Part shown: one piece after another, positions 37,777 to 51,500 of the stretch
How the letters are laid out: each line of letters starts with the position of its first letter
Numbering within the stretch: position 1 is the stretch's first letter
Source of the DNA: the human T2T-CHM13v2.0 reference genome, Homo sapiens
NCBI RefSeq assembly: GCF_009914755.1
Contig: NC_060943.1
Length of the DNA: 64,000 nt
Direction: 5' to 3' (one strand)
Position numbers and translations under genes: made by a program
Notes under the pieces: model-generated
Seen by the model: only the letters and a program-made list of their open reading frames with translations
The model's database searches: none
What the model was told of the DNA's origin: nothing

Positions 37777-40700
37777 CATGCTCAGAAACTGCTGTGTGAT
37801 GTGTGCATTCAACTCACAGAGTTGAACCTTCCTTTTGAGAGAGACGTTTTGAAACAGTCTTTTTGTAGTATGTACAGGTGGATATTTTTGGTGATTTGAG
37901 GTCTAAGATGGAAAAGGAAATACCTTCACCTACAAACTAGACAGAAGCATTCTCAGAAACTGCTTTGTGATGTGTGCATTAAACTTACAGACTTGAAACC
38001 TTATTTTGATAGAGCAGTGTTGAAACACACTTTTTATAGAATCTGCAAGTCTTCATTTGGAGAGCTTTGTTGCCTGTGGTGGAAAAAGAAATGTGTTCAC
38101 ATACAAACTAGAAAGAAGCCTTCTCAGAAACTCCTTTGAGATGTTTGTGTCCAATTCACAAAGTTGAACCTTTCTTTTGATAGAGCAGATTTGAAACACT
38201 GCTTTTGTAGAATCTGCTTGCATGTATTTGGAGGTCTTTGAGGAATTGGGCGTATACGGGATATCTTCACATACAAATTACACAGAAGCATTCTCAGAAA
38301 CTGCTCTGTGATGTGTGCATTCCTCTCACAGAGTTGAAACTTTCTTTTGAGAAAGCTGTTCTGAAACAGTCTTTTTGTAGTATCTGCAAGTGGATATTTG
38401 GAGCGATTTGAGGCCTATGATGGAAAAGGAAATATGATCACTTACAAACTAGACAGAAGCATTCTCAGAAACTGCTTTGTGATGTGTGTGTTCAATTCAC
38501 AGGGTTGACACTTTCTTTTGATTGAGCAGTTTTGAACCACCTGTTTTGTAGAATCTGCTTGTGGATATTTGTAGCTCTTGGAGGAATTCTTTGTAAAAGG
38601 GATATCTTCACATACACACTAGTCAGAAGCATTCTCAGAAACTTCTTTGTGATGTGTGAATTGAACTCACAGAGTTGAACCTTCCTTTTGAGAGAGCCGT
38701 TTTGAAACAATCTTTTTGAAGTATCTTCAATTGGATGTTTGTAGTGATTTGAGGCCTAAGATGGAATAGGAAATATCTTCACATACAATCTAGACAGAAG
38801 CACTCTCAGAAGCTGCTTGGTGATGTCTGCATTCAACTCACAGACTTGAACCCTTGTTTTGAAAGAGCAGTGTTGAAACACACATTTTGTACGATCTGCA
38901 AGTGTTCATTTGGAACGCTGTTGTGCCTATGGTGGATAAAGAAATATCTTCACATAAATACTAGAAAGTAGCATTCTCAGAAACTGCTTTGTGATGTGTG
39001 CATTCAACTCACAGAGTTGCACCTTCCTTTTGAGAGAGAGGTTTTGAAACAGTCTTTTTGTAGTATCTGCAAGTGGATATTTTTAGTGATTTGAGGTCTA
39101 AGATGGAAAAGGAAATACCTTCACCTACAAACTAGACAGAAGCATTCTCAGAAACTGCTTTGTGATGTGTGCATTAAACTTACAGACTTGAAACTTTATT
39201 TTGATAGAGCAGTGTTGAAACACACTTTTTATAGAATCTGCAAGTGTTCATTTGGAGAGCTTTGTTGCCTGTGGTGGAAAAAGGAATATGTTCACCTAGA
39301 AACTAGAAAGAAGCCTTCTCAGAAACTCCTTTGAGATGTTTGTGTCCAATTCACAAAGTTGAACCTTTCTTTTGATAGAGCAGATTTGAAACACTGCTTT
39401 TGTAGAATCTGCTTGCGGATATTTGGCGGTCTTTTAGGAATTGGGCGTATACGGGAGATCTTCACATACAAGTTACACAGAAGCATTCTCAGAAACTGCT
39501 TTGTGATGTGTGCATTCAACTCACAGAGTTGAAACTTTCTTTTGAGAAAGCAGTTTTGAAACAGTCTTTTTGTAGTATCTGCAAGTGGATATTTGGAGCG
39601 ATTTGAGGCCTATGATGGAAAAGGAAATATGTTCACATACAAACTAGACAGAAGCGTTCTGAGAAACTGCTTTGTGATGTGTGCATTCACCTCACAGAGT
39701 GGAACCTTTCTTTGGATAGAGCAGTTTTGAAACAGTCTTTCTCTAGTATCTGCAAGTGTTCATTTTGAGCGCTTTGAGGCCCATGATGGAAAAGGAAATA
39801 TTTTCACATAAAAACTAGACAGAAGCTTTCTCAGGAACTTCATTGAGATGTGTGCATTAAAGTAACTGAGTTGAATACGTCTTTTGATAGAGCAGTATTG
39901 AAACACTTCTTTTGTAGAATCTGCCTGTGGATATCTGGAACTCTTTGAAGAATTCTTTGGAAACGGCTATCTTCACATAAAAAGTAGACCCAAGCATTCA
40001 CAGAACGTTCTTTGTGACATGTACATTGGACTCCCAGACTTGAAACTTTCTTTTGATAGAGCAGTGTTGGAACACACTTTTTGTAGAATCTTCATGTGTT
40101 CGTTTGGAGTGCTCTGTTGCCTATGGTGGAAAAAGGAATATCTTCACCTAAAAACCAGACAGAAGCATTCTCAGAGACTGCTTTGTGATGTGTGTGTTCA
40201 ATTCGCAGAGTTGAAAGTTGCTTTGGATAGAGCAGTTTTGAAACACTGCTTTTGTAGAATCTGCTTGTTGCTATTGGGGGCTCTTTGAGGAATTTGTTGT
40301 AAACGGGATATCTTCACATACAAAGTAGACAGAAGCATTCTCAGAAACTGCTCTGTGATGTGTGCATTCAACTCACAGAGTTGAACCTTCCTTTTGCGAG
40401 AGCTGTTTTGAAGCAGTCTTTTTGTGGTATCTGCAATTGGATATTTGGATCGATTTGAGGCCTAAGATGGAAAAGGAAATATCTTCACATACAAACTAGA
40501 CAGAAGCATTCTCAGACACTGCGTTGTGATGTGTGCATTCAACTCACAGAGTTGAACCTTCCTTTTGAGAGCAGTTTTGAAACAGTCTTTTTGAAGTATC
40601 TGCAAGTGGATGTTTGGAGAGATTTGAGGCCTAAGATGGAAAAGGATATATCTTCACCTAAAAACTAGGCAGAAGCATTCTCAGAAACTGCTTTGTGATG

Positions 40701-43231
40701 TGGGGATTCAACTCACAGGCTTGAAACTTTCTTTTGATAGAGCAGGGTTCAAACACACTTTTTGTAGAATCTGCAAGTGTTCATTTGGAGTGCTTTCTTG
40801 CCCATGGTGGAAAAAGAAATATCTTCACGTAAAAACTAGACAGAAACATTCTCAGAAAATACTTTGTGATGTGGTTGTTCAATTCACAGGGTTGAACCTT
40901 TCTTTAGATAAAGCAGTTTTGAAACACTGCTTTTGTAGAATCTTCTTGTGGATATTTGGAGCTGTTTGAGGAATTCGTTTTAAACGGGATATCTTCACAT
41001 TCAAACTAGTCAGAAGCATTCTCAGAAACTGGTTTGTGATGTGTGCATTCTACTCACAGAGTTGAACCTTCCTTTTGAGAGAGCAGTTTTGAAACAATCT
41101 TTTTGTATTCTCTACAAGTGGATACTTGGAGCAATGGGAGGACTAAGATTGAAAAGGAAATATCTTCACGGCCAAACTTGACAGAAGCTTTCTCAGAATC
41201 TGCTTTGTGATGTGTGCATTTACCTCACAGAGTGGAACCGTCCTTTTGATAGAGCAGTTCTGAAACAGTCTTTTTGTAGGATCTGCGAGTGTTCATTTTG
41301 GAGCGCTTTTAAGCCTTTGGCGGAAAAGGAAATATCTTCACAAAAAAACTAGACAGAGGCATGCTCAGGAACTTCACTGAGATGTGTGCATTCAAGTAAC
41401 TGAGTTGAATCTGCCTTTTGATAGAGCAGAATTGAAACACTCCTTTTGTAGAATCTGCTTGTGGATATTTGGAACTCTTTCAGGAGTTCGTTGGCAGCTG
41501 GTATCTTCACAAAAAAAGGAGACCCAAGGATTCTCAAAAAGTTCCTTGAGATGTGTGCCTTAAACTCACAGACTTCAAACTTTCTTTTGAGAGATCAGTG
41601 TTGGAACACGCTTTTTGTAGAATCTGCAAGTGTTCATTTAGTGCGCTTTGTTGCCTATGGTGGAAAAAGAAATATCTTCAAATGAAAACTAGACAGAAAC
41701 ATTCTCAGAAACTCCTTTGTGAAGTGTGTGTCAAATTCACAGAATTGAAATATTCCTTTGATAGCGCAGCTTTGAAACACCGCTTTTATAGGATCTGCTT
41801 GTGGATATCTGGAGCTCTTTGAGGAATTTGTTGTAAACGGGATATCTTCACATACAAAGTAGACAGAAGCATTCTCAGAAACTGCTTTGTGATGTGTGCA
41901 TTCCAATCACAGACTTCAACCTTTCTTTTGAAAGAGCAGTGTTCAAACACACATTTTGTAGGATGTGCAAGTGTTCACTTGGAGCGCTTTTTTGCCTATG
42001 GTGGAAAAAGAAATATCTTCACATAAATACTAGACAGAAGCATTCTCAGAAACGCCTTAGTGATGTGTTTGTTCTATTCAGAGAGTTGAACCTTTCTTTT
42101 GATAGAGCAGTTTTGATACACTGCTTCTGTAGAATCTGCTTGTGGATATTTGGAGCTCTTTGAGGAATTCGTTGTAAACGGGATATCTTCACATACAAAC
42201 TAGACAGAAGCATTCTCAGAAACTGCTTTGTGGTGTGTGCATTCAACTCACAGAGTTGAACCTTCCTTCTGAGAGAGCAGTTTTTAAACAGTCTCTTTGA
42301 AATATCTGCAAGTGGATATTTGGAGCGATGGGAAGTCTAAGTTTGAAAAGGAAATATCCTCACATACAAACTAGACAGAAGCAATCTCATTAACTGCTTT
42401 GCGATGTGTGCATTCAGCTCACAGAGTTGAACCTTCCTTTTGAGAGAGCAGTTTTGAAACAGTTTTTTGTAGTATCCTCAAGTGGATATATGGAGCGATG
42501 TGAGGCTTAAGATGGAAACGGGAATATCTTCACATGCAAACTAGAAAGAAGCATTCTCAGAAACTGCTTTGTGATGGGTGCATTCAACTCAGAGACTTGA
42601 ACATTTCTTTAGACGGAGCAGTGTTGAAACACACATATGCAGAATCTGCAAGAGTTCATTTGGAGCGCTTTGATGCCTATGGTGGAAAAAGAAATATCTT
42701 CACATAAAGACTAGAAAGAAGCGTTCTCCGAAACTCCTTTGTGATATATGTGTTCAGTTCACAGAGTTGAACCTTTCTTTTGATTGAGCAGTTTTGAAAC
42801 ACTGCTTTTCTAGAATCTGCTTTTGGATATTTGAAGCTCTTTGACGAATTCACTGTCAATGTTATATCTTCACATACAAACTAGACAGAAGCATTCTCAG
42901 AAACTGCTTTTTGATGTGTGCATTCAACACACGGAGTTGAACCTTCCTTCTGAGAACAGTTTTGAAGCAGTCTTTTTGTGGTATCTGCAAGTCGATATTT
43001 GGAACGATTTGGGACCTATGAGGGAAAAGGAACTATCTTCACATACAAGCTAGACAGAAGCATTCTCAGAAACTGCTTTGTGATGTGTGCATTCAACACA
43101 CGGAGTTGAACCTTCCTTCTGAGAGAACGGTTTTCAAACAGTCTTTTTGTAGTATCTGCAAGTCGATATTTGGAACGATTTGAGGCCTATGAGGGAAAAG
43201 GAACTATCTTCACATACAAACTAGACAGAAG
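37777..43231. repeat. HOR unit U8, 32-mer
   Basis: Spacing 38492 to 43947 = 5,455. Confidence 0.95.
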
Positions 43232-46200
43232 CATGCTCAGAAACTGCTGTGTGATGTGTGCATTCAACTCACAGAGTTGAACCTTCCTTTTGAGAGAGAC
43301 GTTTTGAAACAGTCTTTTTGTAGTATGTACAGGTGGATATTTTTGGTGATTTGAGGTCTAAGATGGAAAAGGAAATACCTTCACCTACAAACTAGACAGA
43401 AGCATTCTCAGAAACTGCTTTGTGATGTGTGCATTAAACTTACAGACTTGAAACCTTATTTTGATAGAGCAGTGTTGAAACACACTTTTTATAGAATCTG
43501 CAAGTCTTCATTTGGAGAGCTTTGTTGCCTGTGGTGGAAAAAGAAATGTGTTCACATACAAACTAGAAAGAAGCCTTCTCAGAAACTCCTTTGAGATGTT
43601 TGTGTCCAATTCACAAAGTTGAACCTTTCTTTTGATAGAGCAGATTTGAAACACTGCTTTTGTAGAATCTGCTTGCATGTATTTGGAGGTCTTTGAGGAA
43701 TTGGGCGTATACGGGATATCTTCACATACAAATTACACAGAAGCATTCTCAGAAACTGCTCTGTGATGTGTGCATTCCTCTCACAGAGTTGAAACTTTCT
43801 TTTGAGAAAGCTGTTCTGAAACAGTCTTTTTGTAGTATCTGCAAGTGGATATTTGGAGCGATTTGAGGCCTATGATGGAAAAGGAAATATGATCACTTAC
43901 AAACTAGACAGAAGCATTCTCAGAAACTGCTTTGTGATGTGTGTGTTCAATTCACAGGGTTGACTCTTTCTTTTGATTGAGCAGTTTTGAACCACCTGTT
44001 TTGTAGAATCTGCTTGTGGATATTTGTAGCTCTTGGAGGAATTCTTTGTAAAAGGGATATCTTCACATACACACTAGTCAGAAGCATTCTCAGAAACTTC
44101 TTTGTGATGTGTGAATTGAACTCACAGAGTTGAACCTTCCTTTTGAGAGAGCCGTTTTGAAACAATCTTTTTGAAGTATCTTCAATTGGATGTTTGTAGT
44201 GATTTGAGGCCTAAGATGGAATAGGAAATATCTTCACATACAATCTAGACAGAAGCACTCTCAGAAGCTGCTTGGTGATGTCTGCATTCAACTCACAGAC
44301 TTGAACCCTTGTTTTGAAAGAGCAGTGTTGAAACACACATTTTGTACGATCTGCAAGTGTTCATTTGGAACGCTGTTGTGCCTATGGTGGATAAAGAAAT
44401 ATCTTCACATAAATACTAGAAAGTAGCATTCTCAGAAACTGCTTTGTGATGTGTGCATTCAACTCACAGAGTTGCACCTTCCTTTTGAGAGAGAGGTTTT
44501 GAAACAGTCTTTTTGTAGTATCTGCAAGTGGATATTTTTAGTGATTTGAGGTCTAAGATGGAAAAGGAAATACCTTCACCTACAAACTAGACAGAAGCAT
44601 TCTCAGAAACTGCTTTGTGATGTGTGCATTAAACTTACAGACTTGAAACTTTATTTTGATAGAGCAGTGTTGAAACACACTTTTTATAGAATCTGCAAGT
44701 GTTCATTTGGAGAGCTTTGTTGCCTGTGGTGGAAAAAGGAATATGTTCACCTAGAAACTAGAAAGAAGCCTTCTCAGAAACTCCTTTGAGATGTTTGTGT
44801 CCAATTCACAAAGTTGAACCTTTCTTTTGATAGAGCAGATTTGAAACACTGCTTTTGTAGAATCTGCTTGCGGATATTTGGCGGTCTTTTAGGAATTGGG
44901 CGTATACGGGAGATCTTCACATACAAGTTACACAGAAGCATTCTCAGAAACTGCTTTGTGATGTGTGCATTCAACTCACAGAGTTGAAACTTTCTTTTGA
45001 GAAAGCAGTTTTGAAACAGTCTTTTTGTAGTATCTGCAAGTGGATATTTGGAGCGATTTGAGGCCTATGATGGAAAAGGAAATATGTTCACATACAAACT
45101 AGACAGAAGCGTTCTGAGAAACTGCTTTGTGATGTGTGCATTCACCTCACAGAGTGGAACCTTTCTTTGGATAGAGCAGTTTTGAAACAGTCTTTCTCTA
45201 GTATCTGCAAGTGTTCATTTTGAGCGCTTTGAGGCCCATGATGGAAAAGGAAATATTTTCACATAAAAACTAGACAGAAGCTTTCTCAGGAACTTCATTG
45301 AGATGTGTGCATTAAAGTAACTGAGTTGAATACGTCTTTTGATAGAGCAGTATTGAAACACTTCTTTTGTAGAATCTGCCTGTGGATATCTGGAACTCTT
45401 TGAAGAATTCTTTGGAAACGGCTATCTTCACATAAAAAGTAGACCCAAGCATTCACAGAACGTTCTTTGTGACATGTACATTGGACTCCCAGACTTGAAA
45501 CTTTCTTTTGATAGAGCAGTGTTGGAACACACTTTTTGTAGAATCTTCATGTGTTCGTTTGGAGTGCTCTGTTGCCTATGGTGGAAAAAGGAATATCTTC
45601 ACCTAAAAACCAGACAGAAGCATTCTCAGAGACTGCTTTGTGATGTGTGTGTTCAATTCGCAGAGTTGAAAGTTGCTTTGGATAGAGCAGTTTTGAAACA
45701 CTGCTTTTGTAGAATCTGCTTGTTGCTATTGGGGGCTCTTTGAGGAATTTGTTGTAAACGGGATATCTTCACATACAAAGTAGACAGAAGCATTCTCAGA
45801 AACTGCTCTGTGATGTGTGCATTCAACTCACAGAGTTGAACCTTCCTTTTGCGAGAGCTGTTTTGAAGCAGTCTTTTTGTGGTATCTGCAATTGGATATT
45901 TGGATCGATTTGAGGCCTAAGATGGAAAAGGAAATATCTTCACATACAAACTAGACAGAAGCATTCTCAGACACTGCGTTGTGATGTGTGCATTCAACTC
46001 ACAGAGTTGAACCTTCCTTTTGAGAGCAGTTTTGAAACAGTCTTTTTGAAGTATCTGCAAGTGGATGTTTGGAGAGATTTGAGGCCTAAGATGGAAAAGG
46101 ATATATCTTCACCTAAAAACTAGGCAGAAGCATTCTCAGAAACTGCTTTGTGATGTGGGGATTCAACTCACAGGCTTGAAACTTTCTTTTGATAGAGCAG

Positions 46201-48515
46201 GGTTCAAACACACTTTTTGTAGAATCTGCAAGTGTTCATTTGGAGTGCTTTCTTGCCCATGGTGGAAAAAGAAATATCTTCACGTAAAAACTAGACAGAA
46301 ACATTCTCAGAAAATACTTTGTGATGTGGTTGTTCAATTCACAGGGTTGAACCTTTCTTTAGATAAAGCAGTTTTGAAACACTGCTTTTGTAGAATCTTC
46401 TTGTGGATATTTGGAGCTGTTTGAGGAATTCGTTTTAAACGGGATATCTTCACATTCAAACTAGTCAGAAGCATTCTCAGAAACTGGTTTGTGATGTGTG
46501 CATTCTACTCACAGAGTTGAACCTTCCTTTTGAGAGAGCAGTTTTGAAACAATCTTTTTGTATTCTCTACAAGTGGATACTTGGAGCAATGGGAGGACTA
46601 AGATTGAAAAGGAAATATCTTCACGGCCAAACTTGACAGAAGCTTTCTCAGAATCTGCTTTGTGATGTGTGCATTTACCTCACAGAGTGGAACCGTCCTT
46701 TTGATAGAGCAGTTCTGAAACAGTCTTTTTGTAGGATCTGCGAGTGTTCATTTTGGAGCGCTTTTAAGCCTTTGGCGGAAAAGGAAATATCTTCACAAAA
46801 AAACTAGACAGAGGCATGCTCAGGAACTTCACTGAGATGTGTGCATTCAAGTAACTGAGTTGAATCTGCCTTTTGATAGAGCAGAATTGAAACACTCCTT
46901 TTGTAGAATCTGCTTGTGGATATTTGGAACTCTTTCAGGAGTTCGTTGGCAGCTGGTATCTTCACAAAAAAAGGAGACCCAAGGATTCTCAAAAAGTTCC
47001 TTGAGATGTGTGCCTTAAACTCACAGACTTCAAACTTTCTTTTGAGAGATCAGTGTTGGAACACGCTTTTTGTAGAATCTGCAAGTGTTCATTTAGTGTG
47101 CTTTGTTGCCTATGGTGGAAAAAGAAATATCTTCAAATGAAAACTAGACAGAAACATTCTCAGAAACTCCTTTGTGAAGTGTGTGTCAAATTCACAGAAT
47201 TGAAATATTCCTTTGATAGCGCAGCTTTGAAACACCGCTTTTATAGGATCTGCTTGTGGATATCTGGAGCTCTTTGAGGAATTTGTTGTAAACGGGATAT
47301 CTTCACATACAAAGTAGACAGAAGCATTCTCAGAAACTGCTTTGTGATGTGTGCATTCCAATCACAGACTTCAACCTTTCTTTTGAAAGAGCAGTGTTCA
47401 AACACACATTTTGTAGGATGTGCAAGTGTTCACTTGGAGCGCTTTTTTGCCTATGGTGGAAAAAGAAATATCTTCACATAAATACTAGACAGAAGCATTC
47501 TCAGAAACGCCTTAGTGATGTGTTTGTTCTATTCAGAGAGTTGAACCTTTCTTTTGATAGAGCAGTTTTGATACACTGCTTCTGTAGAATCTGCTTGTGG
47601 ATATTTGGAGCTCTTTGAGGAATTCGTTGTAAACGGGATATCTTCACATACAAACTAGACAGAAGCATTCTCAGAAACTGCTTTGTGGTGTGTGCATTCA
47701 ACTCACAGAGTTGAACCTTCCTTCTGAGAGAGCAGTTTTTAAACAGTCTCTTTGAAATATCTGCAAGTGGATATTTGGAGCGATGGGAAGTCTAAGTTTG
47801 AAAAGGAAATATCCTCACATACAAACTAGACAGAAGCAATCTCATTAACTGCTTTGCGATGTGTGCATTCAGCTCACAGAGTTGAACCTTCCTTTTGAGA
47901 GAGCAGTTTTGAAACAGTTTTTTGTAGTATCCTCAAGTGGATATATGGAGCGATGTGAGGCTTAAGATGGAAACGGGAATATCTTCACATGCAAACTAGA
48001 AAGAAGCATTCTCAGAAACTGCTTTGTGATGGGTGCATTCAACTCAGAGACTTGAACATTTCTTTAGACGGAGCAGTGTTGAAACACACATATGCAGAAT
48101 CTGCAAGAGTTCATTTGGAGCGCTTTGATGCCTATGGTGGAAAAAGAAATATCTTCACATAAAGACTAGAAAGAAGCGTTCTCCGAAACTCCTTTGTGAT
48201 ATATGTGTTCAGTTCACAGAGTTGAACCTTTCTTTTGATTGAGCAGTTTTGAAACACTGCTTTTCTAGAATCTGCTTTTGGATATTTGAAGCTCTTTGAC
48301 GAATTCGCTGTCAATGTTATATCTTCACATACAAACTAGACAGAAGCATTCTCAGAAACTGCTTTTTGATGTGTGCATTCAACACACGGAGTTGAACCTT
48401 CCTTCTGAGAACAGTTTTGAAGCAGTCTTTTTGTGGTATCTGCAAGTCGATATTTGGAACGATTTGGGACCTATGAGGGAAAAGGAACTATCTTCACATA
48501 CAAGCTAGACAGAAG
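43232..48515. repeat. HOR unit U9, 31-mer ending in a type-B junction
   Basis: Spacing 43947 to 49231 = 5,284. m31 is followed by 'catactcag' at 48516. Confidence 0.95.
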
Positions 48516-51500
48516 CATACTCAGAAACTGTTTTGTGATGTGTGCATTCAACTCACAGAGTTGAGCCTTCCTTTTGAGAGAGAGGTTTTGAAACAGTCTT
48601 TTTGTAGTATATACAAGTGGATATTTTTAGTGATTTGAGGTCTAATATGGAAAAGGAAATACCTTCACCTACAAACTAGACAGAAGCATTCTCAGAAACT
48701 GCTTTGTGATGTGTGCATTAAACTTACAGACTTGAAACCTTATTTTGATATAGCAGTGTTGAAACACACTTTTTATAGAACCTGCAAGTGTTCATTTGGA
48801 GAGCTTTGTTGCCTGTGGTGGAAAAAGAAATGTGTTCACATACAAACTAGAAAGAAGCCTTCTCAGAAACTCCTTTGAGATGTTTGTGTCTAATTCACAA
48901 AGTTGAACCTTTCTTTTGATAGAGCAGATTTGCAACACTGCTTTTGTAGAATCTGCTTGCGTGTATTTGGAGGTCTTTGAGGAATTGGGCGTATACGGGA
49001 TATCTTCACATACAAATTACACAGAAGCATTCTCAGAAACTGCTCTGTGATGTGTGCATTCAACTAACAGAGTTGAAACTTTCTTTGGAGAAAGCAGTTC
49101 TGAAACAGTCTTTTTGTAGTATCTGCAAGTGGATACTTGGAGCGATTTGAGGCCTATGATGGAAAAGGAAATATGTTCACTTACAAACTAGACAGAAGCA
49201 TTCTCAGAAACTGCTTTGTGATGTGTGTGTTCAATTCACAGGGTTGACTCTTTCTTTTGATTGAGCAGTTTTGAACCACCTGTTTTGTAGAATCTGCTTG
49301 TGGATATTTGTAGCTCTTGGAGGAATTCTTTGTAAAAGGGATATCTTCACATACACACTAGTCAGAAGCATTCTCAGAAACTTCTTTGTGATGTGTGAAT
49401 TGAACTCACAGAGTTGAACCTTCCTTTTGAGAGAGCCGTTTTGAAACAATCTTTTTGAAGTATCTTCAATTGGATGTTTGTAGTGATTTGAGGCCTAAGA
49501 TGGAATAGGAAATATCTTCACATACAATCTAGACAGAAGCACTCTCAGAAGCTGCTTGGTGATGTCTGCATTCAACTCACAGACTTGAACCCTTGTTTTG
49601 AAAGAGCAGTGTTGAAACACACATTTTGTACGATCTGCAAGTGTTCATTTGGAACGCTGTTGTGCCTATGGTGGATAAAGAAATATCTTCACATAAATAC
49701 TAGAAAGTAGCATTCTCAGAAACTGCTTTGTGATGTATGCATTCAACTCACAGAGTTGCACCTTCCTTTTGAGAGAGAGGTTTTGAAACAGTCTTTTTGT
49801 AGTATCTGCAAGTGGATATTTTTAGTGATTTGAGGTCTAAGATGGAAAAGGAAATACCTTCACCTGCAAACTAGACAGAAGCATTCTCAGAAACTGCTTT
49901 GTGATGTGTGCATTAAACTTACAGACTTGAAACTTTATTTTGATAGAGCAGTGTTGAAACACACTTTTTATAGAATCTGCAAGTGTTCATTTGGAGAGCT
50001 TTGTTGCCTGTGGTGGAAAAAGGAATATGTTCACCTAGAAACTAGAAAGAAGCCTTCTCAGAAACTCCTTTGAGATGTTTGTGTCCAATTCACAAAGTTG
50101 AACCTTTCTTTTGATAGAGCAGATTTGAAACACTGCTTTTGTAGAATCTGCTTGCGGATATTTGGCGGTCTTTTAGGAATTGGGCGTATACGGGAGATCT
50201 TCACATACAAGTTACACAGAAGCATTCTCAGAAACTGCTTTGTGATGTGTGCATTCAACTCACAGAGTTGAAACTTTCTTTTGAGAAAGCAGTTTTGAAA
50301 CAGTCTTTTTGTAGTATCTGCAAGTGGATATTTGGAGCGATTTGAGGCCTATGATGGAAAAGGAAATATGTTCACATACAAACTAGACAGAAGCGTTCTG
50401 AGAAACTGCTTTGTGATGTGTGCATTCACCTCACAGAGTGGAACCTTTCTTTGGATAGAGCAGTTTTGAAACAGTCTTTCTCTAGTATCTGCAAGTGTTC
50501 ATTTTGAGCGCTTTGAGGCCCATGATGGAAAAGGAAATATTTTCACATAAAAACTAGACAGAAGCTTTCTCAGGAACTTCATTGAGATGTGTGCATTAAA
50601 GTAACTGAGTTGAATACGTCTTTTGATAGAGCAGTATTGAAACACTTCTTTTGTAGAATCTGCCTGTGGATATCTGGAACTCTTTGAAGAATTCTTTGGA
50701 AACGGCTATCTTCACATAAAAAGTAGACCCAAGCATTCACAGAACGTTCTTTGTGACATGTACATTGGACTCCCAGACTTGAAACTTTCTTTTGATAGAG
50801 CAGTGTTGGAACACACTTTTTGTAGAATCTTCATGTGTTCGTTTGGAGTGCTCTGTTGCCTATGGTGGAAAAAGGAATATCTTCACCTAAAAACCAGACA
50901 GAAGCATTCTCAGAGACTGCTTTGTGATGTGTGTGTTCAATTCGCAGAGTTGAAAGTTGCTTTGGATAGAGCAGTTTTGAAACACTGCTTTTGTAGAATC
51001 TGCTTGTTGCTATTGGGGGCTCTTTGAGGAATTTGTTGTAAACGGGATATCTTCACATACAAAGTAGGCAGAAGCATTCTCAGAAACTGCTCTGTGATGT
51101 GTGCATTCAACTCACAGAGTTGAACCTTCCTTTTGCGAGAGCTGTTTTGAAGCAGTCTTTTTGTGGTATCTGCAATTGGATATTTGGATCGATTTGAGGC
51201 CTAAGATGGAAAAGGAAATATCTTCACATACAAACTAGACAGAAGCATTCTCAGACACTGCGTTGTGATGTGTGCATTCAACTCACAGAGTTGAACCTTC
51301 CTTTTGAGAGCAGTTTTGAAACAGTCTTTTTGAAGTATCTGCAAGTGGATGTTTGGAGAGATTTGAGGCCTAAGATGGAAAAGGATATATCTTCACCTAA
51401 AAACTAGGCAGAAGCATTCTCAGAAACTGCTTTGTGATGTGGGGATTCAACTCACAGGCTTGAAACTTTCTTTTGATAGAGCAGGGTTGAAACACACTTT